In this document: in pieces, positions 28,462 to 37,612 of the stretch
Layout of the letters: the number at the start of each line of letters is the position of its first letter
How positions within the stretch are numbered: position 1 is the stretch's first letter
Origin: a bacterium
GTDB lineage: Bacteria; UBA8248
DNA length: 64,000 nt
Assembly (NCBI GenBank): GCA_965261085.1
Contig: OZ253442.1
Coordinates: 3,872,001-3,936,000, forward strand
Reading direction: 5' to 3'
Program-made: the position numbers and the translations under genes
Notes under the pieces: model-generated
What the model was told of the DNA's origin: nothing
The model's input: only the letters and a program-made list of their open reading frames with translations
Databases searched by the model: none

Positions 28462-28620
28462 GGTGATTCTCCTTCGGCATGTTCCGCTATAAGTGAACTA
28501 TTCGAATCCTTGCGATTCGCTGCATGAAGCGCATCTTTTGAATCAACGCCAAAACCGGTGAAATGACTGCCCTCATCCGGGTTTCTTTCACGAGATGTCG
28601 TGGGTTTTGAGCGCTTCCCG

Positions 28621-28649
28621 ATATTAAAGTCGGCATGAAGCCTTGTCAA
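28621..28649 (-). promoter_or_regulatory. Sigma70-type promoter of the leftward cyclase operon
   Basis: TTGACA-17 nt-TAATAT on the minus strand. Confidence 0.65.
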
Positions 28650-28683
28650 CGGAACGGCTACCGGAGAGCACGCCCATCGAGAA

Positions 28684-28713
28684 TTGACATCCAAAAGCCC
28701 GCCTCCTTACCAT
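28684..28713 (+). promoter_or_regulatory. Sigma70-type promoter of the rightward mocA-like operon
   Basis: TTGACA-18 nt-TACCAT, divergent from the previous promoter. Confidence 0.55.
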
Positions 28714-28762
28714 GCCGACGAAACGCAGGCGTTCTTCTACTCTTTTCGATGGAAAACACTTT

Positions 28763-29398
28763 ATGGCGGACGCGAGCCGCATTACGGCGATACTGCTCGC
28801 CGCAGGCCTCTCGAAACGCCTGGGGCGGAACAAACTTCTCCTGCCCTTGGGGGATGAGACCGTCATCCGCAAGACGGCGAAAGCGGTGCTCGCCGGCGCG
28901 GTTTCAGAGGTCATCCTCGTGACGGGTCATGAGGAGGCGATGATAAAAGAAGCCGTCAGGGGCCTGAACGTGCGCCTCAAGCACAATCCCCGCTACGCCC
29001 AAGGACAGAGCACGAGCATGGTCGCAGGGGTCGAGGCGGCGCATGAGGCCGCCGACGCCTACTTGTTCGTCCTGGGCGATCAGCCCCTGCTGACGCCCCG
29101 AATCGTGAACGACATGATTTCCCTGTATGAGGCGTCCCGGCCCGAGGCTCTCGTTGCGGCGCCGGCATTCGAGGGCAGGCGCGGAAACCCCACGCTGTTT
29201 TCCGCCTCGCTCAAAGACGAACTGCTTCAGGCGAGCGGGGATGCGGGCGGCCGGGGAATCATCCAGAGACTGGAAAAGGAATCTCCTGAGAAGATCGTTT
29301 TTCACCACCTGCCCAATGATGATATCTTTCTCGACATCGACACGGAAGAAGATTACGAATTCATGCTTCGTAAATTCCCGGAAACCTCATACGAGTAG
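28763..29398 (+). CDS. Molybdenum cofactor cytidylyltransferase-like nucleotidyltransferase (MocA/YgfJ family)
   Basis: LLAAGLSKRLGRNKLLL, LGDQP, RGNPTLF, GDAGGR, DIDTEEDY motifs. Confidence 0.88.
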   Translation: MADASRITAILLAAGLSKRLGRNKLLLPLGDETVIRKTAKAVLAGAVSEVILVTGHEEAMIKEAVRGLNVRLKHNPRYAQGQSTSMVAGVEAAHEAADAYLFVLGDQPLLTPRIVNDMISLYEASRPEALVAAPAFEGRRGNPTLFSASLKDELLQASGDAGGRGIIQRLEKESPEKIVFHHLPNDDIFLDIDTEEDYEFMLRKFPETSYE

Positions 29399-29413
29399 CG
29401 AAGGAGTATATTC

Positions 29414-30556
29414 ATGGTGAAAGCGTTTGAAATCGCATCCGGCCCCCGCGTTCGCTTCGGCCGCGGAGAGGTCGCCCACATTGGAGAGGAAGCGAAGGGC
29501 CTGGGGATGGCGAAACCGATGTTCGTCACCGATCCGGGACTCGCATCGAGCGGGGCGCTCGACTCGGTCATCAAGGGGCTCGAAGACGCGTCGCTCGACT
29601 ATCAGTTCTACGATCAGGCCGAGGCGAACCCCTCTGACACCAGCATCATCGCGGCCCGCGATTTTTTCAATCAGCACGGGTGCGACGGCTTCATCGCCGC
29701 GGGCGGGGGCAGCACGATGGACACCGCCAAGGCGACCCTCGCCATCACCGCGAACGGAGGCGTGCCGAGCGACTACTACGGTCGAGGTAAGGCCACGAAG
29801 CCCGGCCCGCCGCTCATCACCGTTCCCACCACGGCAGGCACGGGCAGCGAGGTCACCATGAGCTCCATCGTCACGGACAAGAAGCTCATGATCAAAACGG
29901 TCATGGCCGACGACTCGCTCTTCGCGAGACTCGCCATCGTCGACTCGGCGCTCCTGGCCAAACTTCCCTCCCACATCGCGGCGGGCACGATGATGGACGC
30001 CCTGACGCACGCGATAGAATCGATCGGCTCGCCCAGCTCCAACCCCTGGACGGAAGCCCTCGCGTTTCAGTCGATCACCTATATCGGCAAACACGGCAGG
30101 GCCTACGTGGACGACCCATCGGACCCGGAGGCGGCCGACGCCATCTCCCTGTCGGCCATGCTCGCGGGACGCGCGTTCACCAACACGGGCCTCGGCATCG
30201 TGCACTCGCTCGCGCATCCGCTGGGCGCCTACCACGGGCTTCACCACGGCACGGCGAACGGCATCTTCCTGCCGCCCGTCATGGAGTTCAACCTCCCCGT
30301 CATGCGGGAGACCTACGCGCGCATGGCGCCGCTTCTCAAAGAAGGCGCTGCGCACACGGCCGAGGCGGCGATAGACGCCATCCGCAAGCTCAACACGGAC
30401 ATCGGCATTCCGGCCAGCTTGAGAGAGGCGGACGTCGTGAACGAGGACCTCGACGTCCTGGCCAAGGACGCGGCGGAAAGCCACCAGGTCAACACGAACC
30501 CGGTCCCCTCGACCCAGGAGGACCTGAAGCGCCTGCTGCTGGCCGTGATCGAGTAG
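29414..30556 (+). CDS. Iron-containing alcohol dehydrogenase
   Basis: GGGSTMDTAK, PTTAGTGSE, DALTHAIE, HSLAH, HG motifs. Confidence 0.93.
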   Translation: MVKAFEIASGPRVRFGRGEVAHIGEEAKGLGMAKPMFVTDPGLASSGALDSVIKGLEDASLDYQFYDQAEANPSDTSIIAARDFFNQHGCDGFIAAGGGSTMDTAKATLAITANGGVPSDYYGRGKATKPGPPLITVPTTAGTGSEVTMSSIVTDKKLMIKTVMADDSLFARLAIVDSALLAKLPSHIAAGTMMDALTHAIESIGSPSSNPWTEALAFQSITYIGKHGRAYVDDPSDPEAADAISLSAMLAGRAFTNTGLGIVHSLAHPLGAYHGLHHGTANGIFLPPVMEFNLPVMRETYARMAPLLKEGAAHTAEAAIDAIRKLNTDIGIPASLREADVVNEDLDVLAKDAAESHQVNTNPVPSTQEDLKRLLLAVIE

Positions 30557-30559
30557 ACG

Positions 30560-31081
30560 ATGCCCGCAACCGAGATACTGATAGCGCAGGAGGATATCCG
30601 GAATCGTCTCTCCGAACTCGCCGCCGAGATCAACGCGGCGCTGCCCGCCGGGCCGGTTCATATCGTCATGATACTGAAAGGCTCCGTTTTCTTCGGCGTC
30701 GACCTCGCGCGCGCCCTCATGCGCAACACCACGCTCGGCTTCCTCTCCGCCTCGAGCTACGGGGAGAGAACGCAAAGCTCGGGCCGGGTGGAAATCGACG
30801 CCAGACACTTAGGCGACATCGAGGAGCAAAACGTCCTGCTCATCGACGACATTCTGGATACGGGCCATACGTTCTCGAAAACCCTGGAACTTCTCCGGGA
30901 AAAGCGCCCCGCTTCTCTTAAGACGTGCGTTTTGATGGACAAGCCCGCGAGGAGAGAAGTCGAGGTGCAGGCGGACCACGTAGGCTTCACGATAGAAAAT
31001 CATTTCGTCGTCGGGTATGGCCTGGACTGCGGGGAGGCGTACCGCACCCTGCCGGACATTCGTATCTATGCGCCCGAATGA
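30560..31081 (+). CDS. hpt: Hypoxanthine phosphoribosyltransferase
   Basis: ILKGS, VLLIDDILDTGHT, FVVGYGLD, YRTLP motifs. Confidence 0.93.
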   Translation: MPATEILIAQEDIRNRLSELAAEINAALPAGPVHIVMILKGSVFFGVDLARALMRNTTLGFLSASSYGERTQSSGRVEIDARHLGDIEEQNVLLIDDILDTGHTFSKTLELLREKRPASLKTCVLMDKPARREVEVQADHVGFTIENHFVVGYGLDCGEAYRTLPDIRIYAPE

Positions 31082-31131
31082 ACCTTTACAGGGGAAAACC
31101 ATGAAGCGGACGCCGAAGATCACCCCTATAT

Positions 31132-31321
31132 GGGGCTGTTGAATAAGTCCCCTTTTTAGGGGGTACAGGGGACGCCCCTCTCGACTGGAAATGCAACCCC
31201 CCTGTCCCCCCTTGTCAGGGGGGTAAAGGCGATGTCCCCCGACGAGGGGGTGGAAGAAAAGCCCCCCTGACAAGGGGGGTTGGGGGGTTACTCCCTTGAC
31301 AAAGGCTTTTTCAACAGCTCC
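31132..31321 (+). mobile_element. MITE copy 2 (190 bp)
   Basis: GGGGCTGTTGAA...TTCAACAGCTCC with the same internal palindrome; no perfect target duplication. Confidence 0.8.
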
Positions 31322-31347
31322 CTCAAGGGGTCAAACGCGACCAATGC

Positions 31348-32869
31348 GGGGTTGTTGAAAAACCCCTGACTCTATGCTTGGATGTATGGATATTACGCGC
31401 CCGAGAAGGGAATATCCGCGATGTTGGGACGCAAGAACCGCGCCCAGATGGATTTGTTCATCACCGGTTCGCTGGAGAGGTTGATTCCCGAGGATCACAT
31501 ATTGGCCCGCGTGAACCGCGTTCTGGACCTGAGTTGGCTGCGCGAGGAAGTGGCGGATTGTTATTGCGCGGACAACGGCCGTCCTGGGATCGACCCCGAA
31601 GTGGCGGTTCGGTTGATGTTGGCGGGCCTTCTGCTGGGGTTCGTGCACGACCGTCGGTTGATGCGCGAGGCGCAGGTGAACATCGCGATCCGGTGGTTCA
31701 TCGGTTACGGGCTGGAGGATCGGCTGCCGGATCATTCGAGCCTGACGCGGATACGGCAGCGCTGGGGGGAGGCCCGGTTCCGGGAGATATTCCGCCGCAC
31801 GGTCCGTGCGTGCCTGGATGCGAAGGTGGCCAAGGCCGAAGTCGTGCACGTGGACGCCTCATTGATCCGCGCGGACGTGAGTTGGGAGAGTCTGGTGGAG
31901 CGTCACGTGGACGAGGTGATAGCGGAGAACCCCGTCGAGGAGGAGGCCGGGAAGAAGGGTGGAGGAGGCCGCCGTGGCGGGGGTTCCGGGAAGGTGAGCC
32001 GGACGGACCCGGACGCGCGGCTGGCGAGAACGGGCGGGGGATTCGAGCCGAGCTACAAGCAGCACGCTGTGGTGGACGACACGCGCGGGGTGGTGCTCGA
32101 CGTATCGGTGACGGAGGGTACGGTGAACGAGCGTGAGGTGCTCGAATCGCAGGTGGAAGCGGTATGCGAGGTATCGGGGCGCGCGCCCGCGATGGTGACG
32201 GCGGACTCTGGCTACGCCTACTCGAAGGTCTACGCGGCCCTGGAGCGCCGGGGTGTGGCCGCGCTCATTCCGGCGAAGAGGGAACCCTCGCAGAGCCGTG
32301 TTCCGTTGCGCCTGTTCCGCTACGACGCGCGGCACGACATCGTGAAGTGTCCGCGCGGCAAGATACTGAGCCCCCGTCGGCCCGCAAAGGGGGGGCGTTA
32401 TTATCGTTCGAAGACCCGTGATTGCGCGGGCTGCGCGCTTCGCGAGGATTGCCTGCCGAAGGCGTGGTCGAGCAAGGTGGTGTTGGTTCCGCATGCGTAT
32501 CCGGCGCTGTTGCGCGCGCGCCGGCGCCATGCGCGATGGAGGGAGGAGGAGCGGCGGATGTACCGGCGTCATATGTGGCGCTCGGAGGGCTACCACGGCG
32601 AGGCGAAGACCTGGCACGGGCTTGCGCGCGCGGTGCGGCGCGGTCTTGAGAACATGAAGATACAGTCCTACCTGACGGCGGCGGCGATCAACCTCAAGCG
32701 GCTCTCCGCCGCACTTGCTGCAAGGTTATTCGCCCTCTGGAGGGCCTGGTCGGCCCGGGAAGAGCCTCTGTGCGTCCATCGCGGCCTCGCAAGCTGCGCG
32801 GGCTTCCTGTCCGCCGCCGCGTGACCCTCCATACCGCCCGCTCCCGAAACCGGGTTATTCAACAACCCC
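31348..32869 (+). mobile_element. IS1182-family insertion sequence (1522 bp)
   Basis: 18-bp terminal inverted repeats GGGGTTGTTGAA(A/T)AACCC; 5-bp target duplication AATGC (31343-31347 and 32870-32874). Confidence 0.93.
31421..32824 (+). CDS. IS1182-family DDE transposase, intact
   Basis: IPEDHIL, GRPGIDP, LPDHSSL, HVDAS, TDPDAR, ADSGY, Cys-rich segment, INLKRL; ORF open from 31382. Confidence 0.93.
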   Translation: MLGRKNRAQMDLFITGSLERLIPEDHILARVNRVLDLSWLREEVADCYCADNGRPGIDPEVAVRLMLAGLLLGFVHDRRLMREAQVNIAIRWFIGYGLEDRLPDHSSLTRIRQRWGEARFREIFRRTVRACLDAKVAKAEVVHVDASLIRADVSWESLVERHVDEVIAENPVEEEAGKKGGGGRRGGGSGKVSRTDPDARLARTGGGFEPSYKQHAVVDDTRGVVLDVSVTEGTVNEREVLESQVEAVCEVSGRAPAMVTADSGYAYSKVYAALERRGVAALIPAKREPSQSRVPLRLFRYDARHDIVKCPRGKILSPRRPAKGGRYYRSKTRDCAGCALREDCLPKAWSSKVVLVPHAYPALLRARRRHARWREEERRMYRRHMWRSEGYHGEAKTWHGLARAVRRGLENMKIQSYLTAAAINLKRLSAALAARLFALWRAWSAREEPLCVHRGLASCAGFLSAAA

Positions 32870-32988
32870 AATGCGGGAGTATTTGTGTTTCTTACTCTTT
32901 CATCGGTCGCGTCAAACCCTCGCTCATCGGGGCTTTTTCAACAGCCCCTCTATAGGCGGGGTCCTGGCCTTCCGTTTACACAGGAGAT

Positions 32989-34098
32989 ATGTTCATGCCG
33001 ATTCAGGAGATAACGGTTTGGGATACCGCCGTGGAAGTTACCCAGCAATCCAGAAACCGCTACGGGGGCGCATCCATACTCGAGAGAGTCGTGGTTCGCC
33101 TCACGAACGATGACGGAAAAGAGGGCTGGGGCGAGGCGGCGCCATTGATGTACATCACCAAAGAGACCGGCTCGGAGATGACGGCCAGACTCAGGCAGGC
33201 CGCTCCCCGGATACAGGGAAAAGAGGCGGATGAGTTGCTCGCCACGCTCGATGAGACGGTGGATTTCAAGGGCATGGGCGCCGCGCGCACAGCTCTGGAA
33301 ATCGCCGCCATCGACCTGGCCGCCAAAACCAGCCAGACGCCTTTCTCGCAGGTCTTCGGCGGGCACAAGAGAAACACCGTCACGCTAGACGGCCCCATCG
33401 GTCTCCTCCCTTATGACGAGGCCATCAAGAAGGCGGAGACGCTTGTCGATCAAGGCGTGCGCACCCTCAAGGTGAAATCGGGCGTCGACATGGAGGCGGA
33501 CGCCGAGCGCATCGTCAGGCTGCGCGAGCGATTCGGCCCGCAAATCAAGCTGAGAACGGATGCGAACGGCGGGTTTTCGCCCGAGGAAGCCCTGCGCTTC
33601 ACGGACAAGATGGTCGAGATCGGCCTCGAACACTTCGAGCAGCCCGTGCTTCCCACTGAGGAGAAGTGCATCGAAGTGTTCCGTGAAATTCGCGCCCGGG
33701 GCATGCAGGTCGCCGTGGATGAGTCGCTGTTCTCCATCGACAACGCGCGCCGCCTCGTCGATGCGGAGGCCGCCGACGTCGCCGTCATCAAGATCGCGAA
33801 ATTCGGCGGCCCGAGAAACGCCTGGGAGGTGGCGCGGGTTTTCGACGCCGCCGGGAAACCCGCTCTCTTGAGTTCGCCCTACGAATCGTATATCGCCAAA
33901 TCGGCGGGGTTCGCCCTCGCCCTGTCACTCGAGACCGCGGACAGGGCGCACGAACTCGCCCATTTTCTCGATGAGGAACCATACGCCGAGTGGAGCCACT
34001 CCATTTCAGGCGGTGAGTTCACACTGGCGGATGCCCCCGGACACGGAGCCTTGGGGCTCCCCTCCCGCGTCGAGAAGATAGCGAGAACCACGGTATAA
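32989..34098 (+). CDS. Enolase-superfamily enzyme, muconate-lactonizing/dipeptide-epimerase subgroup
   Basis: GWGEA, KVK, DAN, EQP, DES, IKIAK motifs. Confidence 0.85.
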   Translation: MFMPIQEITVWDTAVEVTQQSRNRYGGASILERVVVRLTNDDGKEGWGEAAPLMYITKETGSEMTARLRQAAPRIQGKEADELLATLDETVDFKGMGAARTALEIAAIDLAAKTSQTPFSQVFGGHKRNTVTLDGPIGLLPYDEAIKKAETLVDQGVRTLKVKSGVDMEADAERIVRLRERFGPQIKLRTDANGGFSPEEALRFTDKMVEIGLEHFEQPVLPTEEKCIEVFREIRARGMQVAVDESLFSIDNARRLVDAEAADVAVIKIAKFGGPRNAWEVARVFDAAGKPALLSSPYESYIAKSAGFALALSLETADRAHELAHFLDEEPYAEWSHSISGGEFTLADAPGHGALGLPSRVEKIARTTV

Positions 34099-34141
34099 CG
34101 GAACAGAACGGACCCTTTACTTGCTCAGGAGAATGAATGCG

Positions 34142-35056
34142 ATGAGTCTCCCCACAAAGGTCGACATCGTCGAGGTCGGCACGCGAGACGGCCTCCAGAA
34201 CGAAAAGCAATACATCACGCCGGAGGATAAGATAAAACTTCTGGACACCATCACCGACGCCGGCGTTCGCCGCATCGAGGTGACGAGTTTCGTGAGTCCA
34301 AAACACGTCCCCCAGATGAGAGACGCACAGGAGGTTCTCGCAGGCTGCAAGCGCAACCCGGATACCGAGTATGAAGCCCTGGTTCCCAACGTCCAAGGCA
34401 TGGAGCGCGCTCTCGCGTGCGAACTGGACGGCGTCATGTTGTTCGTCGCCGCCAGCGAGACGTTCAACCAGAAGAACATACGCGCGAGCCGGGAGGAAAT
34501 GCTCGGGGTGGCCCGCGAAGTCGCTAAAATGGCGAAGGGAGCGAACTTGAAACTCAGAGGCGGCGTGGTCGCCACTTTCGGCTGCCCGTATGAGGGGCGC
34601 ATCTCGTATCAAGACGTGGAGTGGGTGGTCGGCGAATACGTGGACATGGGTTGTGAGGAAATCGGCCTGGCCGACACCGTGGGCATGTCGAACCCGGCCG
34701 AAATCAAAAGGCTCACTGAACATATACGCAACAAATTCCCCTCCGTCCGCTACGCGCTTCATCTCCACAATACCAGGGGATCCGGCCTGGCCAACCTTCT
34801 GGCGGGCCTGGAAGTCGGCATCGATACGTTCGACACCTCCATCGGCGGCCTGGGCGGTTGCCCGTTCGCACCGCGCGCCACCGGCAACATCTCGAGCGAG
34901 GACACGATCAACATGCTCCACGAGATGGGGATCGAAACCGGAATCGACCTGCCGAAACTACTCGAGGCCGTCGCTCATGCGGAGAAAATCCTCGATCGCC
35001 AACTGCCGGGGCAACTCCTCCACGCCGGAATCCCGGAATGGGAAATGGCGTCCTGA
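34142..35056 (+). CDS. Hydroxymethylglutaryl-CoA lyase family protein
   Basis: EVGTRDGLQNE, LADTVG, LHLHNTRG, GGLGGCPFAPRATGN motifs. Confidence 0.92.
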   Translation: MSLPTKVDIVEVGTRDGLQNEKQYITPEDKIKLLDTITDAGVRRIEVTSFVSPKHVPQMRDAQEVLAGCKRNPDTEYEALVPNVQGMERALACELDGVMLFVAASETFNQKNIRASREEMLGVAREVAKMAKGANLKLRGGVVATFGCPYEGRISYQDVEWVVGEYVDMGCEEIGLADTVGMSNPAEIKRLTEHIRNKFPSVRYALHLHNTRGSGLANLLAGLEVGIDTFDTSIGGLGGCPFAPRATGNISSEDTINMLHEMGIETGIDLPKLLEAVAHAEKILDRQLPGQLLHAGIPEWEMAS

Positions 35057-35181
35057 AGCGACTCCAGTGGATGGCGCATGAGCACTCCCGAGATTCTCGA
35101 CGGGCCACCCCGCCCCTCCCTCCTCGATAATTTTCACTCCCCCCCCTTGAGGGTCATTGGCAACTGATGAAAAAAGAATAA

Positions 35182-35248
35182 CCACTCCCCCCTTGAGGGG
35201 GAGTCGGTGAGCTAAGGGCTTAAGCCCGCAAGCGAACCGGTGGGGGGT
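35182..35248. repeat. REP-like palindromic element of a second type (partial copy at about 35135-35153)
   Basis: ACTCCCCCCTTGAGGGGGAGT hairpin, GGGCTTAAGCCC hairpin, ends in CCGGTGGGGGGT. Confidence 0.6.
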
Positions 35249-35264
35249 CAATCCCGACCAAGGC

Positions 35265-35456
35265 GGGGTTGTTGAAAAAGACCCCTTTCTAGAGAGTAGA
35301 GGGGACACCCCTTTCGACTGGTAAAAGCAACCCCCCTGTCCCCCCTTGTCAGGGGGGCTTTTCTTCCACCCCCTCGTCGGGGGGCATCGCCTTTACCCCC
35401 CTGACAAGGGGGGACAGGGGGGTTGCTCCCTTGACAAAGGCTTTTTCAACAGCCCC
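35265..35456 (+). mobile_element. MITE copy 3 (192 bp)
   Basis: GGGGTTGTTGAA...TTCAACAGCCCC; 5-bp duplication AAGGC on both sides. Confidence 0.88.
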
Positions 35457-35658
35457 AAGGCGGGAGGGATTGTGTTGTCTCCCCCCACTCCGGTCGGCTA
35501 CATACGCCGAATCACGGAATCAGGACATTTTCAACAGCCCCCGAAGGCAGGGAATGTCGCAGAAGCCGATCTCTTGGCGGCTTCTGCGCCGGTCGGCAAC
35601 TCCTCCCCGCCACGCCGGTTTTTCTTACTAAAATCCCGCCCGGCTCTTTCGGAAACAC

Positions 35659-35698
35659 TTGACTTTGGGGCCCAAAGCTGATTGTATGCAATATACAC
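35659..35698 (+). promoter_or_regulatory. Candidate promoter with GntR-type operator upstream of the decarboxylase operon
   Basis: TTGACT at 35659 and palindromic TGTATGCAATATACA at 35683-35697. Confidence 0.35.
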
Positions 35699-35713
35699 TT
35701 CAGGAGACGCGCA

Positions 35714-37276
35714 TTGCCGCCCGATCCGAATCGACAAGACCCGATAGATGAACTTAAAGCGCTGACCTCCAAGGCGCAGGCGGTCGGCGGCGAGGCTTCG
35801 AAAGAGCGCCAGCACAAGCAGGGGAAGCTGACCGCCAGGGAGCGGATAGAACTTCTGCTCGACCCTGAGAGTTTTTCTGAAATCAACCTTTTCGTCGAAA
35901 CGCGCGCAACGGATTTCGGGATGGATGCACGGCGCTCCCCGGGGGACGGCGTAGTTACCGGCAGCGGATACGTGAACGGCCAGCTCGTCTTCGTGGCCTC
36001 ACAGGATTTCGGCTCCCTCGGCGGCTCTCTGGGAGAGATGCACGCCGAAAAAATCGTGAAGATACAAGAACTCGCCATGAAGGCCGGCGCGCCCATCGTC
36101 ACCATTCTCGATTCGGGCGGCGCGCGCATACAAGAGGGCGTTCTCGCGCTGCACGGCTACGCGCGCATCTTCCAGCGCAACACCCACGCATCGGGCGTAA
36201 TTCCCCAGATATCGGTGATTCTCGGCCCCTGTGCAGGCGGGGCCGTCTACTCGCCCGCCATCACGGACTTCGTTTTCATGGTCGATGGGTTGAGCAAGAT
36301 GTTCATCACCGGGCCGGAAGTCATCAAGGCGGTGACGGGAGAAGACGTATCCGCCGAGGAGTTGGGCGGCGGCGCGGTGCATAGCTCGACGAGCGGGAAC
36401 GCGCATTTTCTCGCCAAAGACGAGCGCGAATGCTTCGAGATGGTGAAAAAGCTGCTCTCCTTCCTGCCGTCGAACAATCTCGACGACCCCCCGACCTCCG
36501 AAACGCCTGAATGGCCGCCGGATGAGAACCCCGAGCTGGACGACATCGTCCCGGCGGAGGCCACACGAGCCTATGACGTTCGGGACTTGATCTCCAATGT
36601 TTTCGACGATGGTGATTTTCTCGAGGTTCACACCGATTTCGCCAAAAACATCGTCGTCGGGTTCGTGCGCTTGAGGGGGAAACCCATCGGCGTCGTGGGA
36701 AACCAGCCCACGCACTTGGCCGGCGTCCTGGACATCGACAGTTCGGATAAGCTCGCCCGCTTCGTGCGCTTCTGCGATGCGTTCAACCTCCCCATCATCA
36801 ACTTCGTGGACGTGCCCGGCTATCTGCCCGGCACGCAGCAGGAATACGGAGGCGTCATCCGGCATGGGGCAAAAGTGCTCTTCGCCTACAGCGAGGCGAA
36901 CGTGCCGAAAATCGCCTTGATCGTCCGCAAAAGCTATGGCGGCGCCTACATCGCGATGAGCGGGTTCGGCCTGGGCTACGACCGCGTTCTCGCATATCCG
37001 TTCGCCGAGATCGCCGTGATGGGTCCCGAGGGCGCCGCCAACATCATTTTCAGGCGCGAGATTAGCGAAGCCGATGATCCCGACAAGGTACGCCAGGAAA
37101 AGATAGAGGAATACCGGAGCCTTTTCGCCAAACCCTATACGGCCGCGAAACAAGGGCTCGTGGACGCCGTCATCGAGCCGCGCCACACGAGAGGCGCGCT
37201 CATCCGCGCCCTGGAGATGACCGCCCACAAGCGAGAAGACAGGCCGCAGAAAAAACACGGAAACATTCCGCTGTAA
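35714..37276 (+). CDS. mmdA: Acyl-CoA carboxyltransferase; methylmalonyl-CoA decarboxylase alpha subunit-like
   Basis: GKLTARERI, DSGGARIQEG, GPCAGGAVYSPA, DVPGYLPG, KKHGNIPL; followed by delta, gamma and beta subunit genes. Confidence 0.82.
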   Translation: MPPDPNRQDPIDELKALTSKAQAVGGEASKERQHKQGKLTARERIELLLDPESFSEINLFVETRATDFGMDARRSPGDGVVTGSGYVNGQLVFVASQDFGSLGGSLGEMHAEKIVKIQELAMKAGAPIVTILDSGGARIQEGVLALHGYARIFQRNTHASGVIPQISVILGPCAGGAVYSPAITDFVFMVDGLSKMFITGPEVIKAVTGEDVSAEELGGGAVHSSTSGNAHFLAKDERECFEMVKKLLSFLPSNNLDDPPTSETPEWPPDENPELDDIVPAEATRAYDVRDLISNVFDDGDFLEVHTDFAKNIVVGFVRLRGKPIGVVGNQPTHLAGVLDIDSSDKLARFVRFCDAFNLPIINFVDVPGYLPGTQQEYGGVIRHGAKVLFAYSEANVPKIALIVRKSYGGAYIAMSGFGLGYDRVLAYPFAEIAVMGPEGAANIIFRREISEADDPDKVRQEKIEEYRSLFAKPYTAAKQGLVDAVIEPRHTRGALIRALEMTAHKREDRPQKKHGNIPL

Positions 37277-37291
37277 AATAAGGATTTCTCT

Positions 37292-37612
37292 GTGGATACA
37301 TTCATGCCCGGAATTCTGCTGACGATCATCGGCATGGGCGTCGTCTTCGCCTCTCTGATCATCTTGATGGTGGTCATCCAGCTTCTGGAGAGATTCTTCG
37401 GCGCCGGGCGGCGGGAGAACGACAAGAACGCGAAGGTTGCGAAGGCCTCACCGGAAAATGAGGATATGGATATCGTCCTCGCAGCCGCCGCCGGATATTT
37501 TCTGGAAACGGAAGGCCCCGAGATTCACGTTCCCCAGGTCCGCCGCGGCGCGAATTCCGTTTGGGCGCGAACCGCCCGTCTGGGACATCTCAACCAGCGG
37601 AGGCGGCGTTGA
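37292..37612 (+). CDS. Na+-decarboxylase membrane anchor subunit (OadG/MmdD family)
   Basis: N-terminal TM GMGVVFASLIIL, VLAAAA, C-terminal SVWARTAR. Confidence 0.82.
   Translation: MDTFMPGILLTIIGMGVVFASLIILMVVIQLLERFFGAGRRENDKNAKVAKASPENEDMDIVLAAAAGYFLETEGPEIHVPQVRRGANSVWARTARLGHLNQRRRR

Noticed and set aside
35431-35460. Outward-facing TTGACA near the MITE right end forming a hybrid promoter
   Set aside because: No -10-like hexamer at 16-18 nt in either copy 2 or copy 3
30809-35681. ORFs 30809-31273, 35346-35681 and 24548-24736 sharing PPDKGGQGGC peptides
   Set aside because: These are translations of the MITE palindrome, not genes
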